This document shows positions 1-13,839 of a DNA stretch of 64,000 nt, piece by piece. Under the pieces are notes generated by a model, which was not told the origin of the DNA, made no database searches, and saw nothing but the letters and a program-made list of their open reading frames with translations. The DNA comes from Trichodelitschia bisporula (Eukaryota): positions 186,001-250,000 of the forward strand of contig ML996693.1 of the NCBI GenBank assembly GCA_010356995.1, given 5' to 3'. The translations under genes and the position numbers were made by a program. How positions within the stretch are numbered: position 1 is the stretch's first letter; each line of letters opens with the position of its first letter.

Positions 1-1
1 G

Positions 2-3000
2 CGCCGAGCGGCGACGCAGCAGCGCTACCTAGCCTCGCGAGTGGACCCAAAACCCTTTGCCACCAATTTCCGCCTCTCGCAGGATATGCGCGCCGTCAAT
101 GACTGGCTGTCGGCGCTGGGTGAGGCAAAGCTCCGCGACGATGCGAGCTCGACGCACTCGTCTGCCTCGCTTAGGCACGCCACGTCCCGCACTATGCTTA
201 AGCTGCCCGAGGAGCTGCTCGACAAGCTGGAGGCGGCGGTGCGAAAGGATGAATCCGCTGTGCTTACCGAGCAGCTGCTCGAGTCCGCTCGCTTCGACGA
301 TCACAGCGCGCCTGGCTTCCAGAAACTCCTCCTAAACCTCCTCCAGCGCGCCATCACCCACCGTGCGCGCGCCTGTCTTACAACTCTCCTGCCCCACATA
401 CACTCCCTCGACGAGGCGGATGACTTTCACAAGCGCAACTGCATCCACCGCCTCGTCATCTCCGTTGGCCGCGCAAAGGCCGCCGAGCCGCAAATCGAAG
501 CACAGAGCCAGCCCAAGTTCCTCGAACCGCAGTTTCTCGTCCCCGCTGCGCACCCGGTGCGCGGCCCGCCGCCTTGTCGCAAGACCGAGGCCGAGGCTGT
601 CGAGCTGCTTTCCGAGAACGACGAATCGGTGCAGTTTCTGGTATTCGTGCTCGATGCGCTGCCAGAAGGCTTGCGCTCTGCATTGTCGAGCCGCGACAAC
701 TACGGCCGCTTGCCGCTGCATTATGCTGCGCAATACGGCTTTGTCGCTGTTTGTGAGATACTGATCCAGCGCATGCAGGCATGGGGCATGTTCGATGTGA
801 GCAACGGAATCGATTCGCCCGAGTGGCAGGACGCAGAGGGGTTGGCGCCGCTGCATCTCAGCGTTATCAACGAGCACCCCCTAACCACGAAGGTGCTACT
901 CGAAGCAGAAAAGGGGCGCGGGAGCGCGGACTCGCGCGCGCAAGTCCGCAAGAGCGTATCCAAGTCCGGCGCCGTGCTCGCACTGGCGACGCAGAAGAAC
1001 TCAGTGGCCATTGTGCGGCTGCTCGTAGACGCGGGCGTGGACGTCAATTACCAGAACGAGCAGGGCGAGACGGCGCTGCATGTAGCCGCGCGCTTCGGAC
1101 TCGTCGAGTGTGCGCGAGCGATTCTTGAGGTTGAGGGGCAAAGGGTTGAGATTGACTGCCCGGAGCGCACGTTTGCGTGGACGCCGCTGTTCATCGCGTG
1201 TGTGGACGGCCATTTGCCCTTCGTCGAGCTGCTCATCGGTGCGGGCGCGGATCTCGTGCGCCTGGACTCGTCGGGCTGGACGGCGAAGGAGCACGCCGCG
1301 TTGCGCGGGCATATGGCCATCGTCGAGCGCCTCGCGCAACTCACGCCTGCCACCGTCACGCAGCCCCCTGAGGTCGCGCCGCTGGTTGCTCCTGGGCCGA
1401 ATGTGGCGTCGCTTGAAGACCGGCGGTCGAATACGCTGGCCAAGGAGGGCGCTATGCGCGTCCCTGAGCCGGTGAAGACGTTCGGGCATCGGTATCTGAC
1501 GAAGGATACGATGGTGCTGGTCAGCTTGGGCAGCATGGATGTGCGCAAGGGGATTGAGCCCGTGCGCCTGGATGCGATTCCCCTGGCCGATGCGCATGCC
1601 ACGCAGCTTGATACCGCGCTGTCGATTGTGGTATCCGCGCAAGGGGCGACGGGCGAGCCGACGGTGGTGGATTTACCGGTGCAGGAGAATATTAGCACGG
1701 ATCCGATTACGTTTATGACGCTGGATCCGGAGAGGGTTAAGCTGTTGTTTGATATTGTCCCGACGTATGCTGGGAGCAAGGATCGGATTGTTGGGCGCGG
1801 GGTTGCATTGCTTAGCAGCGTGAAGCCGAGTATTGGGAGCAAGCGGATTTGCCTGCAGGGCGATGTTAGCGTCCCGATTGTCGCGGCCACGACGCTGGAC
1901 GTAATTGGGTCGGTACACTTCAACTTCCTGATCATCACGCCGTTTTCCCACCCCAACATGGCAATTACAGAGCAGCACACGTACTGGAAGAGCATGGCGT
2001 CGACCATGGTCATCGGGCACCGCGGACTCGGCAAGAACAGCGTAGGCCGGCGCTCGCTGCAGCTCGGCGAGAACACGATCCAGAGCTTCATTGCCGCCGC
2101 CAATCTCGGTGCCAGCTACGTCGAGTTTGATGTCCAGCTCACGAAGGACCACGTCCCGGTTATATATCACGACTTCCTGGTCTCGGAGACGGGCATCGAT
2201 GCCCCCGTGCACACTCTTACGCTCGAACAGTTCCTGCACGTCAGCGACAGCCAGACGCCGCGCCCGGGCGTGTCGCGTGTCAATTCCTCGTCCAACACGA
2301 ACGGGAACGGGGCCGCGAGCACCCCCCCACCCCCCCTGCACACGCCGCGCTCCCGCCCCCGCGCCTACTCCGCTGGCGGCACAAAAGAAGGCCGCGCCTC
2401 CGTCGAGCAAATGTCCGACCGGATGAAGCACACACGCGACTTTAAAGAAAAAGGGTACAAAGCCAACGTGCGCGGTCCCTTCATCCAAGCCCCCTTCGCA
2501 ACCCTCGAAGACATGTTCCGCCAACTCCCGCCGAGCATCGGCTTCAACATCGAGATGAAGTACCCGATGTTGCACGAGAGTGTCGCGCATGACATGGATG
2601 CGTACGCTGTGGAGTTGAATTCTTTTGTGGATACGGTGTTGGGGACGGTGTATGATTTAGGTGGGGGGAGGAATGTGATTTTCAGCAGTTTTAATCCGGA
2701 TGTTTGTTTGCTGTTGAGTTTTAAACAGCCGTCTATCCCGGTCTTGTTCCTTACCGATGCGGGCACGGAGGCGGTGGGCGATATTCGCGCTAGCTCGCTC
2801 CAAGAAGCCATACGCTTCGCGGGCCGCTGGAACCTTTTGGGGGTTGTCAGCGCTGCGGAACCGCTGGTAAGGTGTCCACGCCTCGTCCGCGTGGTCAAGG
2901 AGTCCGGCCTCGTGTGTGTCAGCTACGGGACGTTGAATAACGACCCCGCGCATGTGCAGACGCAGGTGAGGGAGGGGATTGATGCGGTTATTGTGGACTC

Positions 3001-3361
3001 GGTGTTGGCGATTAGGAAGGGCCTTACGGGGGGTGTGAATGGGCAGAATGCGAAGGGGCCGGTTGCCGGGTTGGTTGGGCCGGTTGCTGCGGCGCTGGCG
3101 GGGAATGGGACGAACGGCACGAATGGTACGAACGGCACGAATGGTACGAACGGCACGAATGGCACGGGCAAGAAGGAGGGAAGTGGGAGCGAGGCTGACG
3201 GCGCGCATGAGGCCGGCCCGGTCCAACCTCCTGCGGAGGCGGGGATGGGGAGTATTCCCGAGGGGGAGGGGTGGACGAGGGGGGCGAGGGTTGTGGGGTT
3301 GGTTAATGGGGTGCCGCTTTTTGAGGGGGGGGAGGGGGTTCATGGGGCTATTTTTGAGTGA
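2..3361 (+). CDS. GDE1: Glycerophosphocholine phosphodiesterase (ankyrin repeats + GDPD; SPX region truncated), 5'-partial
   Basis: The frame is open from the window edge. Ankyrin repeats (GRLPLHYAA, GETALHVAA, WTPLFIAC) are followed by GDPD motifs VIGHRGLG, GENTIQSF, YVEFDVQLTKD and FNIEMKYP. Confidence 0.93.
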   Translation, partial: RRAATQQRYLASRVDPKPFATNFRLSQDMRAVNDWLSALGEAKLRDDASSTHSSASLRHATSRTMLKLPEELLDKLEAAVRKDESAVLTEQLLESARFDDHSAPGFQKLLLNLLQRAITHRARACLTTLLPHIHSLDEADDFHKRNCIHRLVISVGRAKAAEPQIEAQSQPKFLEPQFLVPAAHPVRGPPPCRKTEAEAVELLSENDESVQFLVFVLDALPEGLRSALSSRDNYGRLPLHYAAQYGFVAVCEILIQRMQAWGMFDVSNGIDSPEWQDAEGLAPLHLSVINEHPLTTKVLLEAEKGRGSADSRAQVRKSVSKSGAVLALATQKNSVAIVRLLVDAGVDVNYQNEQGETALHVAARFGLVECARAILEVEGQRVEIDCPERTFAWTPLFIACVDGHLPFVELLIGAGADLVRLDSSGWTAKEHAALRGHMAIVERLAQLTPATVTQPPEVAPLVAPGPNVASLEDRRSNTLAKEGAMRVPEPVKTFGHRYLTKDTMVLVSLGSMDVRKGIEPVRLDAIPLADAHATQLDTALSIVVSAQGATGEPTVVDLPVQENISTDPITFMTLDPERVKLLFDIVPTYAGSKDRIVGRGVALLSSVKPSIGSKRICLQGDVSVPIVAATTLDVIGSVHFNFLIITPFSHPNMAITEQHTYWKSMASTMVIGHRGLGKNSVGRRSLQLGENTIQSFIAAANLGASYVEFDVQLTKDHVPVIYHDFLVSETGIDAPVHTLTLEQFLHVSDSQTPRPGVSRVNSSSNTNGNGAASTPPPPLHTPRSRPRAYSAGGTKEGRASVEQMSDRMKHTRDFKEKGYKANVRGPFIQAPFATLEDMFRQLPPSIGFNIEMKYPMLHESVAHDMDAYAVELNSFVDTVLGTVYDLGGGRNVIFSSFNPDVCLLLSFKQPSIPVLFLTDAGTEAVGDIRASSLQEAIRFAGRWNLLGVVSAAEPLVRCPRLVRVVKESGLVCVSYGTLNNDPAHVQTQVREGIDAVIVDSVLAIRKGLTGGVNGQNAKGPVAGLVGPVAAALAGNGTNGTNGTNGTNGTNGTNGTGKKEGSGSEADGAHEAGPVQPPAEAGMGSIPEGEGWTRGARVVGLVNGVPLFEGGEGVHGAIFE
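3104..3166 (+). repeat. 9-bp coding minisatellite encoding (NGT)x7 in the GDE1 C-terminal tail
   Basis: AAYGGNACG units are visible directly in tandem. Confidence 0.9.
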
Positions 3362-3836
3362 GCGCGGATGGGAGTCGCTTCAACAGGCGATGGAAGTTCT
3401 CAGTCCGGGGAAGAAAGGAGTTTGGCGGCAATATGGGTGGTGTATCCTGGGGTTTTCCCGGAAGGCATAGACGGTGGCGTTGTCCTTTCTGGTGCTCTCA
3501 ACGAGCTGATGCGGGTAATACATGATGGGCACGGCTACGAGCTATGCACCGCGATGCCATGGCAAATCTTCCTGCGCTGAAAACACTGCGGGCAGTCGGA
3601 CGTTCTGGCAAACGGGGTATGGCGATGCCGTTCACCATACGCCTTGACCAGCAACCAACGTACAAGTTGACATCAAGCTACAATCCACAAGTCCCGGGCT
3701 TGCACGCGCAAACACCACGCCTGTCGCCATATCACGCCCAACGGACGGGATCATATGCAGTTCATAAAATTCTATACAAATACGCTATACACAACCCCAC
3801 CGCAACATCCAACCCCTCCTCCCCTCCCTCCCGAGC

Positions 3837-5821
3837 CTACAACACCGCCCTCTCCCCCCCACCCACCGTAAACGCACCAAAATACCCATTCAACGCCTCC
3901 CCCGTCCCCGTCCCCTCCACCAAGCGCACCACACACCCAACATACCCATCCGGCCTCACAACAACCACCCCGCCCTCCTGCCCCCCAAACCCCATCTTCG
4001 CATGCGCCGCCGCCGCCGCCCCGGGCACACGCGGATCAGACACATCATCCGCATACACGGTATCGCGATACGCGGCCAGTAAACCCGGCACCCTTTCCCG
4101 AATCTCGATCTTACTCCGCGGGGCCGCGAACACAAGCGCAAACGAGAAAAAGGGTGAATGCGGGGTGAACTTCTCGTGATGCCCATCGCGGGCCGGTTTC
4201 CTAAACCGTGCCAGGAAGCTCCGAGGTCGCGCGAGGGAGGCGGCGAGATCGGACAGGGCCTTTTGAGTGGGTGGTGAGAGGGCGCCGGCGAAGATGAAGA
4301 TGCGGAAGGAGCCGGTGAGCGGGATTTCGTGCTCCAGATGCACGGCGTTGGCGTCTACGACGCGGGTTACCGTTGCTGGAGGGAGGATCCGCCCCGGGAC
4401 TAAGGGGGTGCCGGTGCCGGTTAGGAAGAGCAGATGTTGTGCGCCGTGCGCGGGGGAGTGGTTGTACACATTCGGCATGTACGCCACGCCGTACCCGCTC
4501 GTAAACGCACAACTCTCCTTAAAGGTCTTCACGAAGGCGTTCTCTTCTGCTGCTGAAGAGGAGGATTGTGCGGCGCTGACTTCGGAGACGGAGGGCAGAC
4601 GAGCGGAGAAGAGAGCTGCGTATTTGGCGTCGAAGGCGAGGAGTTCGGTGGCGATGTGCCGCCGCTCGGATTCGTAGGTGCTGAGGACGGAGCGCGGGGA
4701 GAGGCCGCTTTCTACGTGGTGGAGTTTCCAGGCGAGGTTGGCGGCGTCGAGGAAGGCGGTGTTCATGCCTTGGCCAGCTTTGGGCTGCGGGGGGTTAGTG
4801 AAGGAGGGAATGAGGGTGGGGTTCCCCTTACGCTATGCGTGTGGCACGCATCGCCGCCGATGAACACGCGCTCATCGAGCGTGTACCGGTCCGCAATGCC
4901 CTGCCCGATCGGGTAGACGGAGAACCATTCGACGCGGTCCCAGGAGATGGTGTACGGGGCTAGGATCTTCTTCGCTGCGGCCATGACTTCGCCTTCCGTG
5001 GCTGTCTTGCGTGGGTTGAAGTCGGGGTCGCTGCTGGAGGCGATTTGGATGTAGAGCCGTACCATGTTGTCTTCGCGGGGGATGACCATGATGGACCCGG
5101 CGTCGGAGTGGATTGTGCATTTCATCTGGGTTGGGTGAGTGGGTTGCGGGAGGGGAGAAGGCTGAAGCCTTACCTTGATGTCCGGGAAGTCGGTCCGCAC
5201 CACACCATCCATCACGCCCCATACATATGCAATTGGATCCTTGTGCCGCACGGCAATGCCCAACTGATCGCGAATGAAGCTCTTCGCTCCCTCCCCGCCA
5301 AAGAGGTACTTCGCGCGAACCGTCTCCCGGGCCCCACCATCCACATGCTGAATCTCCACACGCACAGGATACGTCCCCTTCCCCTCATTCTCAAACCCGG
5401 TAATCGTCCACGGGCGCTGCACTTCCACGCCGTTCTTCTTCATATCCTCCAAAAACACCCGCTCGATATGTCCCTGGTGCAACAGGGTAGTAAACGGATA
5501 CCTGGCATCAATGAATGCCGGACAGCTCGCCCACGTCCCTGTGCGCATAATCCCGTTCGCGCCGGGATCCCAGAAGGCGACTTCGTACACACGCGCGGGG
5601 TCGTGCGCCATGACGGCGCGCTTGAGGCCCATGTTGCGCAGGAGGTCGAGCGAGCGCGGCTGGATGCCATCGGCGCGGCCTGTGGCCGTCGGCTGCGCCC
5701 TATTATCGATGTGTTTGATCTTGTAGCCCCAGCGTGCGAGGCTGGTGCTCAGCATGAGGCCGACGGGGCCGGCGCCGACGATCACAATGTCATAGCAGTC
5801 GGGGGGGTATGAGGAGGGCAT
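3837..5821 (-). CDS. FAD-dependent phenol 2-monooxygenase-like hydroxylase; introns 5126-5173 and 4785-4831
   Basis: GAGPVG FAD motif and [10 protein letters not shown]. After splicing, [23 protein letters not shown] is restored. C-terminal thioredoxin-like domain ends in VVRPDGYVG. Confidence 0.9.
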
Positions 5822-7663
5822 GATGGCTCGGGCTGTGAGGACGGAGCCGAGGGAAAGTAGAATTCGGAGGGGGTAAGAAAGGGAGGGGAGTAAGTGCTCT
5901 CAGTCGAGCAGTCGCAATTGACGATATACCCGTGTCCTAGATCCAAAGTTCTTCGGTCGATGGAGTATCCTTCCTGTTCTCGCGCCGACGATGGAATCAC
6001 ACAAAAATTGTCAACCCCACCACAACCGGGACCCCATTACAATATATACTCGGCCTCGCTCGCGCACGCAACCCAGCACATAGTGACCGCCCTGCCCGCA
6101 CGATCGCCGGGAAGCGGGGGGTAGGAAGCGGTGGGGGTTCGCAAGAGCAGCCGCTGGCTCGAAAGCGCGCGATCCCATGCGGAGCCCGCGCCGGGATTGG
6201 CTGCCCGCGGGCCCGTGATGGCAGGCTAGGCGCATGCGGACAACGGATGCTAAAGTCGGGTTGTGCGGAGGGGCAGGGGAGAGTGGAGGGTGAGGGCGCG
6301 GGGGTGGGAAAGCGGGAATTCGAGAGCGAACGCGAACGAGGTGCGCATGGGAAAGTCATTGCCCCGTCTGTATGCGGCTCGGGATTGGGATGCGGGTAAT
6401 GACTTAGGTTTGGCTTTGAAGCCCGGACCCCGCAATCGTCATGGCGTCGGTCCGGAAGGCCAAATCGGCAGCTTGCGGGGCACGCCTGAGGCTGACCTTT
6501 CTGCACCGAGATATTTCCGCTTTGAATAGCGTAAGGCGCTGCGGCGTGCGTTTGATCTAGCTTATAGATGTCGGCAGTGAAATGCGGGGTGTGTGTCAAT
6601 TGCGTTGGCCTGGTGATAACGGGCGGAGTGGACGTTTAGCTGAGCGCCGTGTAGACGTTAACGGAGCAGTGCTTGTGTAGAAAGAATGAACATCGACAGT
6701 CTCATGCCGTGGATAGCTCCCGCTCCCCGGATTGGCGTCGCACCTACGGTAGCTCCAATCTTGCCCTCCCGCCTTTCTTACCCGTTATTCCACTCCCCCG
6801 TCGCCAGACACTTCTTCCCCGCGCTTCATCAGCATCTTGCATCGGCTAGTATCGCTACTTCGCTGACGCCTGGCCATCATGAGGCGTGCTCCTCTTTCGA
6901 ATACGGGAGGCTACTGCGGCAGAGGAAGAAGGTGAGGGGAGCAAAGCTCTAACACAGGCAACGGTAATTGTGTCAACTGAAGATTGAAGCAGAAGACCAA
7001 GAGAGGAAGAGAGGAAGAGACTCTCAAAACTTAAGTATACGATGCCACGTATCCCTTTGCTCCTTCCTTCCATCGTAGGCCCATTACATCATGTCTCTTA
7101 GTTCTAGTTTGCTCCTTCCTGACATAACAACGCTCCCTCCATGCCCACATCAGAAGGCCCGGAGATGGCGCATTTGAAGCGGGTTACTGATCATCTCTGG
7201 TTGACATCTCGTGGTCCATGACGCGGGAAATCGATGCTGCGAGACTTCAAGACATATCACAACCAGGGCCAGCTTACCCAGGGTCAGTAGTAGCTCACGC
7301 CATCAACACGATAGCAAGCTCAACATCACCTCATGCACGAAGGCTAACTGCAGGTGAGAACGGCAAACGCCGAACCAAGAGGTCCGGTATGTATTCGAGG
7401 ACTTCTATAGCAGCCAGCTATAGCTGCACCAGACGTCCCGCCCGACAAGTGGTTGAATTGCCTGGCCCGTCATGCTCAACCCCCTCCACACCCATCAGAC
7501 ACCCCACCAGACCCGAATATACTCGGAACCTGTTGTTGAAAACTTTTATTTGCAGAAACGCCTCTCTCAAAATGCCGTTGAAGACACATTCGCCTTGGTA
7601 TCATGCCATCATAACCCGTGTTGAAAGACGTAAAACACCGAATGCCCAAAAAGCAAAGCACAT

Positions 7664-9148
<1,485 letters not shown>

Positions 9149-9449
9149 TGTGGAGTTGTAGGAGGAGATTATTTGGGTGTATGTGTTGAGAGTGGAGAGG
9201 ATGTTGAGGAGGAGATGAAAAGAATGAGGGGGCCCCGCCTCGCAGCCTTTTCATATCGAAGGGGACCATCGGAGGCCGGGGTTCCGTTGGCGAGGGGTCC
9301 AGGTTCCCCTCCGCCATCGGACGAAACGGATTTTAGCACAGGCTGTGGGGTGTGCATTGGAGGCCTGGACGCATGGAACGCCAAGTCAAGGCGCATGTAG
9401 AATATTGAGTGCCACAGCATGGCAACGAAAGGAGCTCGGTTCTATGTAC

Positions 9450-10767
9450 TCATATCTCGGCTGGCGCTGTCTTCTTACCCCTTCTCGAGCCCGGTTGCTT
9501 TGTAGAGCTTTCTTTCTTCGCCTCTGTTCGCTCGGCATCCTTTTCAGCCTCCTCGCGCTGCTTCTTCTCTACCGTCCTGCGTATGGCACTGGCCTTCTCC
9601 GTTGTCTGAATCGACTGGTCACTCTCCTCCCAAAGGGCCTTTTGAAGCCTTTCGTCGTTGACCTCGCTCCTCATGACGACCCTCTCTTTGCACTCCTTGA
9701 TGAACTTCCCTCCCTCATCCCGCCCCAACTCCGCGTCCATCGCCGCGAACAAGAAGCTCTGGGCGCCCTGGGTCTCGTCTTTGAGGACAAACCACCAGAA
9801 CGGGTACATGACAAGATACACAAGCAAGCCCCACAGACTGCCCACGGTGAGAAAGCGTCGCATTCCAGGCGACCTAGTCCAACCGGGATCGACCACCACC
9901 ACGCGAGAATTCATCGGGAAGCCATCCGGACGCTTGTACGCTGACAAATGCTTCTGAAAGGCTGATGCAAAGGCAAACAGAGCAAGCTTTGATGTGGCAT
10001 ACGCAGTAGATGGCCGGAACTGAACATTGTTCGGAGGAGCGGCCTTCTTAGCTGGTTTCTTCGACTTGTCGTCTGACACGGGAGGGACCACGTGCAATAA
10101 AGACCCGCCCATGTACGAGCTGCACATCCCAAAGATAACGCGAACGTCTCTGTCAGGAGGCTGAGCACGCAGTGCCGGACTTAGTATGCTGAGAAGGTGG
10201 AAGTTCGCGAGATAGTTGATGGCCCAATTGGACTCCAGACCATCTACCGTTTTGGTCGCCTCTCCACCGAGCGGAGTCATAGTGTTAGCGCAGAGAATGA
10301 TCATGTCCAGCCGGCGAGGGGGGGCATTGTCGACCCATTTCGTGGCAAAGACGCGGATGCTGTGAAGTGATGATAGGTCCACATGCTCGGCGGTTATGAG
10401 CTCGTTTCCAGTGGATTTGCGCATGTCCATGATATAGTCGACTAGAAAGGGATCCGAGAGCTCATGATGCGTCAATAACACCAACTGAGCTCCACGCGAC
10501 GCCAATTCACGAGCAACTGCTCCTCCGATTCCCGATGTCCCACCCTACACGTGATCAGCTTGGTATCAGATGCATCTAGAGAAGCCCTACGGTCATCATG
10601 ATGACTTTCGAATGCATTTTGCGCTCGGAAGTATTTGGGGCACCCCCGAAATACCGTTTGACGAAGAAGGCGAGTAGAAGACATGGTAAGACTTTCAGGG
10701 CTGTGTAGGAATATGGGATTTTCGAGAGCCCGCCAAAGGCAGCCTCGAGAATGATGGGAATCGGCAT
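9450..10767 (-). CDS. Short-chain dehydrogenase/reductase, Pbr1 (YNL181W)-like; intron 10545-10590
   Basis: Spliced MMT|GGTSGIG Rossmann motif, DLSSLHSIRVFATKW, NYLANFHLL, YATSK catalytic motif and hydrophobic segments. Confidence 0.85.
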
Positions 10768-11097
10768 GGCGACAGAGTGGAAGCGCTCAAAGACCCATTA
10801 ACGCCACATTCAAGCAGACAAAGAAAGATTAGAGCAGAGAATTGACGAAGATGGAGATGGAGATGCAACATCGTCAAGCCTGATCTGGCATATCGGCAAG
10901 GGGAAGCTGCGGAACAAGTCTCGGGCCGGGAGTGCACGGACTCAATGTTGGACTCGGGATGACGCTGCGGCGACTCGCCGCTCATCGTCACTGTCAACAA
11001 ATATCGAAGAGGAAACGCGAGAACCGACGCATTTCCTACCGTCTTCTGTGCTCCAGATGGCCGCATTTCGGCCGTTTTGCTTCATCTTCAGCTAACG

Positions 11098-11748
11098 ATG
11101 GACGAGGAAGAAGACACATACACCATTCCATACGCGGAACCAAGCTATCTCGGCGATGGTGTTCAGAGAAAGCGCATCAAATTCGTGCCGGCATCATCGG
11201 AAGCGACTGCAAGCCCGGCTTCAGAGCCAAATGCCGCTCATAGCGCCTCCATTTCTGAATGGTACCTCTCCAAGGTGCTAAAGAAGCCGCCGCAAGAAAC
11301 GGAAACATCAGAGCAACTGGCAGTATGCAAACAATGCGGCACTCCAATCCACAATGATGACGTTGACGAACATGAACGGAGCATTGTCCACCAGGCCTCC
11401 TTCGAACACATATATCCTCCGTCTGCCATCGATCGTACACGGAAGGGATTCTCGTACCTCCAGGCGAAAGGATGGGATCCTGATACTCGAACTGGTCTCG
11501 GTGCACAAGGCGAAGGCAGGCGGGAGCCCATCAAGGTGAAGGAGAAGAAGGACAAGGCTGGCATCGGGATCACATCCCACTCCACTACATCCACTGAGGC
11601 GCCCAAAAAGGTGGTGAAGAGTCTCTCCACAAAGCAGGTTCGTGCACAACAGGAGGAAGAGAGACGAAAGCAAAAGCTGTTGCAAACACTCTTTTATTCA
11701 AAGGAGTCTGATGAGCGCATCATGGAGTACTTTGGACCTGGGTCATGA
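11098..11748 (+). CDS. G-patch domain protein with CxxC/HxxxxxH Zn-finger-like motif (GPANK1-like)
   Basis: KGFSYLQAKGWDPDTRTGLGAQGEGRREPIKVKEKKDKAGIG is a G-patch. CKQC...HERSIVH lies upstream. Confidence 0.85.
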   Translation: MDEEEDTYTIPYAEPSYLGDGVQRKRIKFVPASSEATASPASEPNAAHSASISEWYLSKVLKKPPQETETSEQLAVCKQCGTPIHNDDVDEHERSIVHQASFEHIYPPSAIDRTRKGFSYLQAKGWDPDTRTGLGAQGEGRREPIKVKEKKDKAGIGITSHSTTSTEAPKKVVKSLSTKQVRAQQEEERRKQKLLQTLFYSKESDERIMEYFGPGS

Positions 11749-12053
11749 TTTGGGTGTGATTCGGAAGCGGGATCGGCATGCGGCATGCTAGAAACTTAGG
11801 CGAAATGATACCCTGTACATCCGCGATGCTTCTTCGCTTTCGTAATTCCTCCTACTACACATACTTGAGGTCGTAGAATATCTCGAGTTCCTCTCGGGAT
11901 GCCAAGGTACCTAGAAAACTGGAGCCTGGGCACCCCAGTCCCCGGAGCGAAGCATGTCACTGCCAACACCACCCTTAAGATCGAGAATGTTGTCGGCGAG
12001 GTCAAAATCCTCCAGCGACTTCCCAACTTGAAGAAAATCATCCCCTATCCAGG

Positions 12054-13224
12054 ATGAAGATCTACATATCCCTCCCGGTCACCCTGGCGTTGGTGCTACG
12101 GGCCTACTCCCGCAAGTCCCTCACCCCCTTCGGCATCTTCGCCGCTGTCCTCACAGCCGCCGCCCACGCCGTACATCCTTGGAGTGTCTTCTTCGCGCTG
12201 CTCGTTGTCTTCTTCCTCGCGGGCACGGCTGTCACCAAGGTACGCGCTCCCAGCTTAAGAACCAAGCTCTAGAACTAACCCCGCCAGGTCAAGCACAACG
12301 TCAAGAGCAAGCTGACCCTCTCCTCCGCCGGCGGCTCCACCGCCATCCCCAAGCCCCGCAACCACGTCCAAGTCTTCGCCAACTCCATCGTCGCAAGCAT
12401 CCTCGTGCCGCTGCACGCATACTTCCTGTACAAAGAGGGCCGGGCTGAGGAACAGTGCTGGCAGAATGGGGCCCGGCCGCGCATCAGCGACATTCTAGTC
12501 TTCGGGATCGTCGGGTATGCCACCCTGTGCACAAAACTACAGACACACAACTAATAAAGACAGAAACTACGCTGCCGTAGCAGCCGACACCTTCTCCTCC
12601 GAACTCGGCATCCTCTCCCCCAAAAAACCCCGCCTCATAACCGCGCCCTGGAAATTCGTACCCCCAGGCACAAACGGCGCCATAACCTCCAGCGGCATCA
12701 ACGCAGGCCTAATCGGCGGCTTCGTCATCAGCACCACCGCCGCCCTCCTCCTCCCCTTCTGCACCACCGGCCCTAACGCCTGGTCCTTCCGCCAACGCGC
12801 CGACTTCTCCATCCTCATGACCTTCGTCGGGCTCTTCGGGTCCCTTTTAGATTCCCTCCTGGGCGCCCTCCTCCAAGCCAGCGTCCTCGACGTGCGGAGC
12901 GGCAAAATCATCGAGGCGGAGGGCGGCGGCAAAGTCCCCGTCCAGGTCTCCGGCTCGCTGCATATGAACCCCGAGGCCAGGCTCAGGGCCCGCATGGGCG
13001 ATGGTGATGGTGACAAGGCGGTCGAGCACACGGTTAAGGCGGCGGGGAAGCACAAAGGCGAGAGCCGCCGCGTCGAGGTCGGCCGCGATGTCCTCAGCAA
13101 TAATGGCGTCAACCTGCTCATGGCGCTTACGACCAGCGGGGTTGCTATCGCGGGCGCGGCGTGGGCGTGGGACGTGCCACTTTCTGAGCTGTGGGCGCAG
13201 GTGAGGGGTATATATCAGTCGTAG
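12054..13224 (+). CDS. TMEM19/DUF92 integral membrane protein; introns 12240-12287 and 12515-12563
   Basis: KSLTPFG, RNHVQVFANS, YAAVAADTFSSELG, VPPGTNGAI, GSLLDSLLGALLQ and LSNNGVNL motifs. Confidence 0.9.
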
Positions 13225-13807
13225 GCGAGGGGGGGTGGAAGGGCCAATAGGGCCGGGGTAATGGGTTGAGGTAGTTACAATGGGAGATTTATCCGTTTAT
13301 ATTCCGCCTGGCATATCGATCTGGCGAAATCACATGCGTGCGGGGTACATCATCACTCCACCCGAGAATATAAAAGCTGATGATATACGCTACATGCTCG
13401 GCGCGGCTTCATGCACAGGCCCGCTAGACGCACACCGGAAGCGCCCACCGTTTTGAACAGCAAGCTGTGTTCTGTTTCGTTTCAAGCAGCGTATGCCCGC
13501 CGGCGCGTGCTCCGGCGCCCGGCTGAAAGAGCACCTACGTGCGTTGCATTCGGGATACCCGCACCTTCCCCGCGCCGAAGCTCACGCCCCGCCCCCGGCA
13601 CACAACGCACAACGTACAACGTGCCCTTCTTCCGTGGGCCAACGCCGTCCCGGGCTACCCGCCGATCTCATTTCCCGAGAATCGAACCACGAGCGATCGC
13701 CCCTAGCAGCTTGCTTCGCGAGGCTTGAACTGCCCCCACCCGTCCGCCCCACGTGCATCGTAGGGCTACAGTCATAAGCCGCCGCGCCGCAGCTTAGTTC
13801 TACTTGT

Positions 13808-13839
13808 CAGTGTCAGTGCCAGTGCCAGTGCCAGTGTCA
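13808..13839. repeat. (CAGTGY)n hexamer microsatellite, about 5 units, intergenic
   Basis: cagtgtcagtgccagtgccagtgccagtgtca is visible directly. Confidence 0.8.

Noticed and set aside
1001..2590. Long antisense and alternate-frame ORFs overlapping real genes (here and throughout)
   Set aside because: These are expected shadows of GC-rich coding sequence and carry no recognisable motifs.
5830..7660. Telomerase RNA, RNase P/MRP RNA, SRP RNA or TPP riboswitch in intergenic gaps (also 13230-14490 and 16040-17590)
   Set aside because: I could not find the TAACCCTAA template or the conserved signature motifs of these RNAs.
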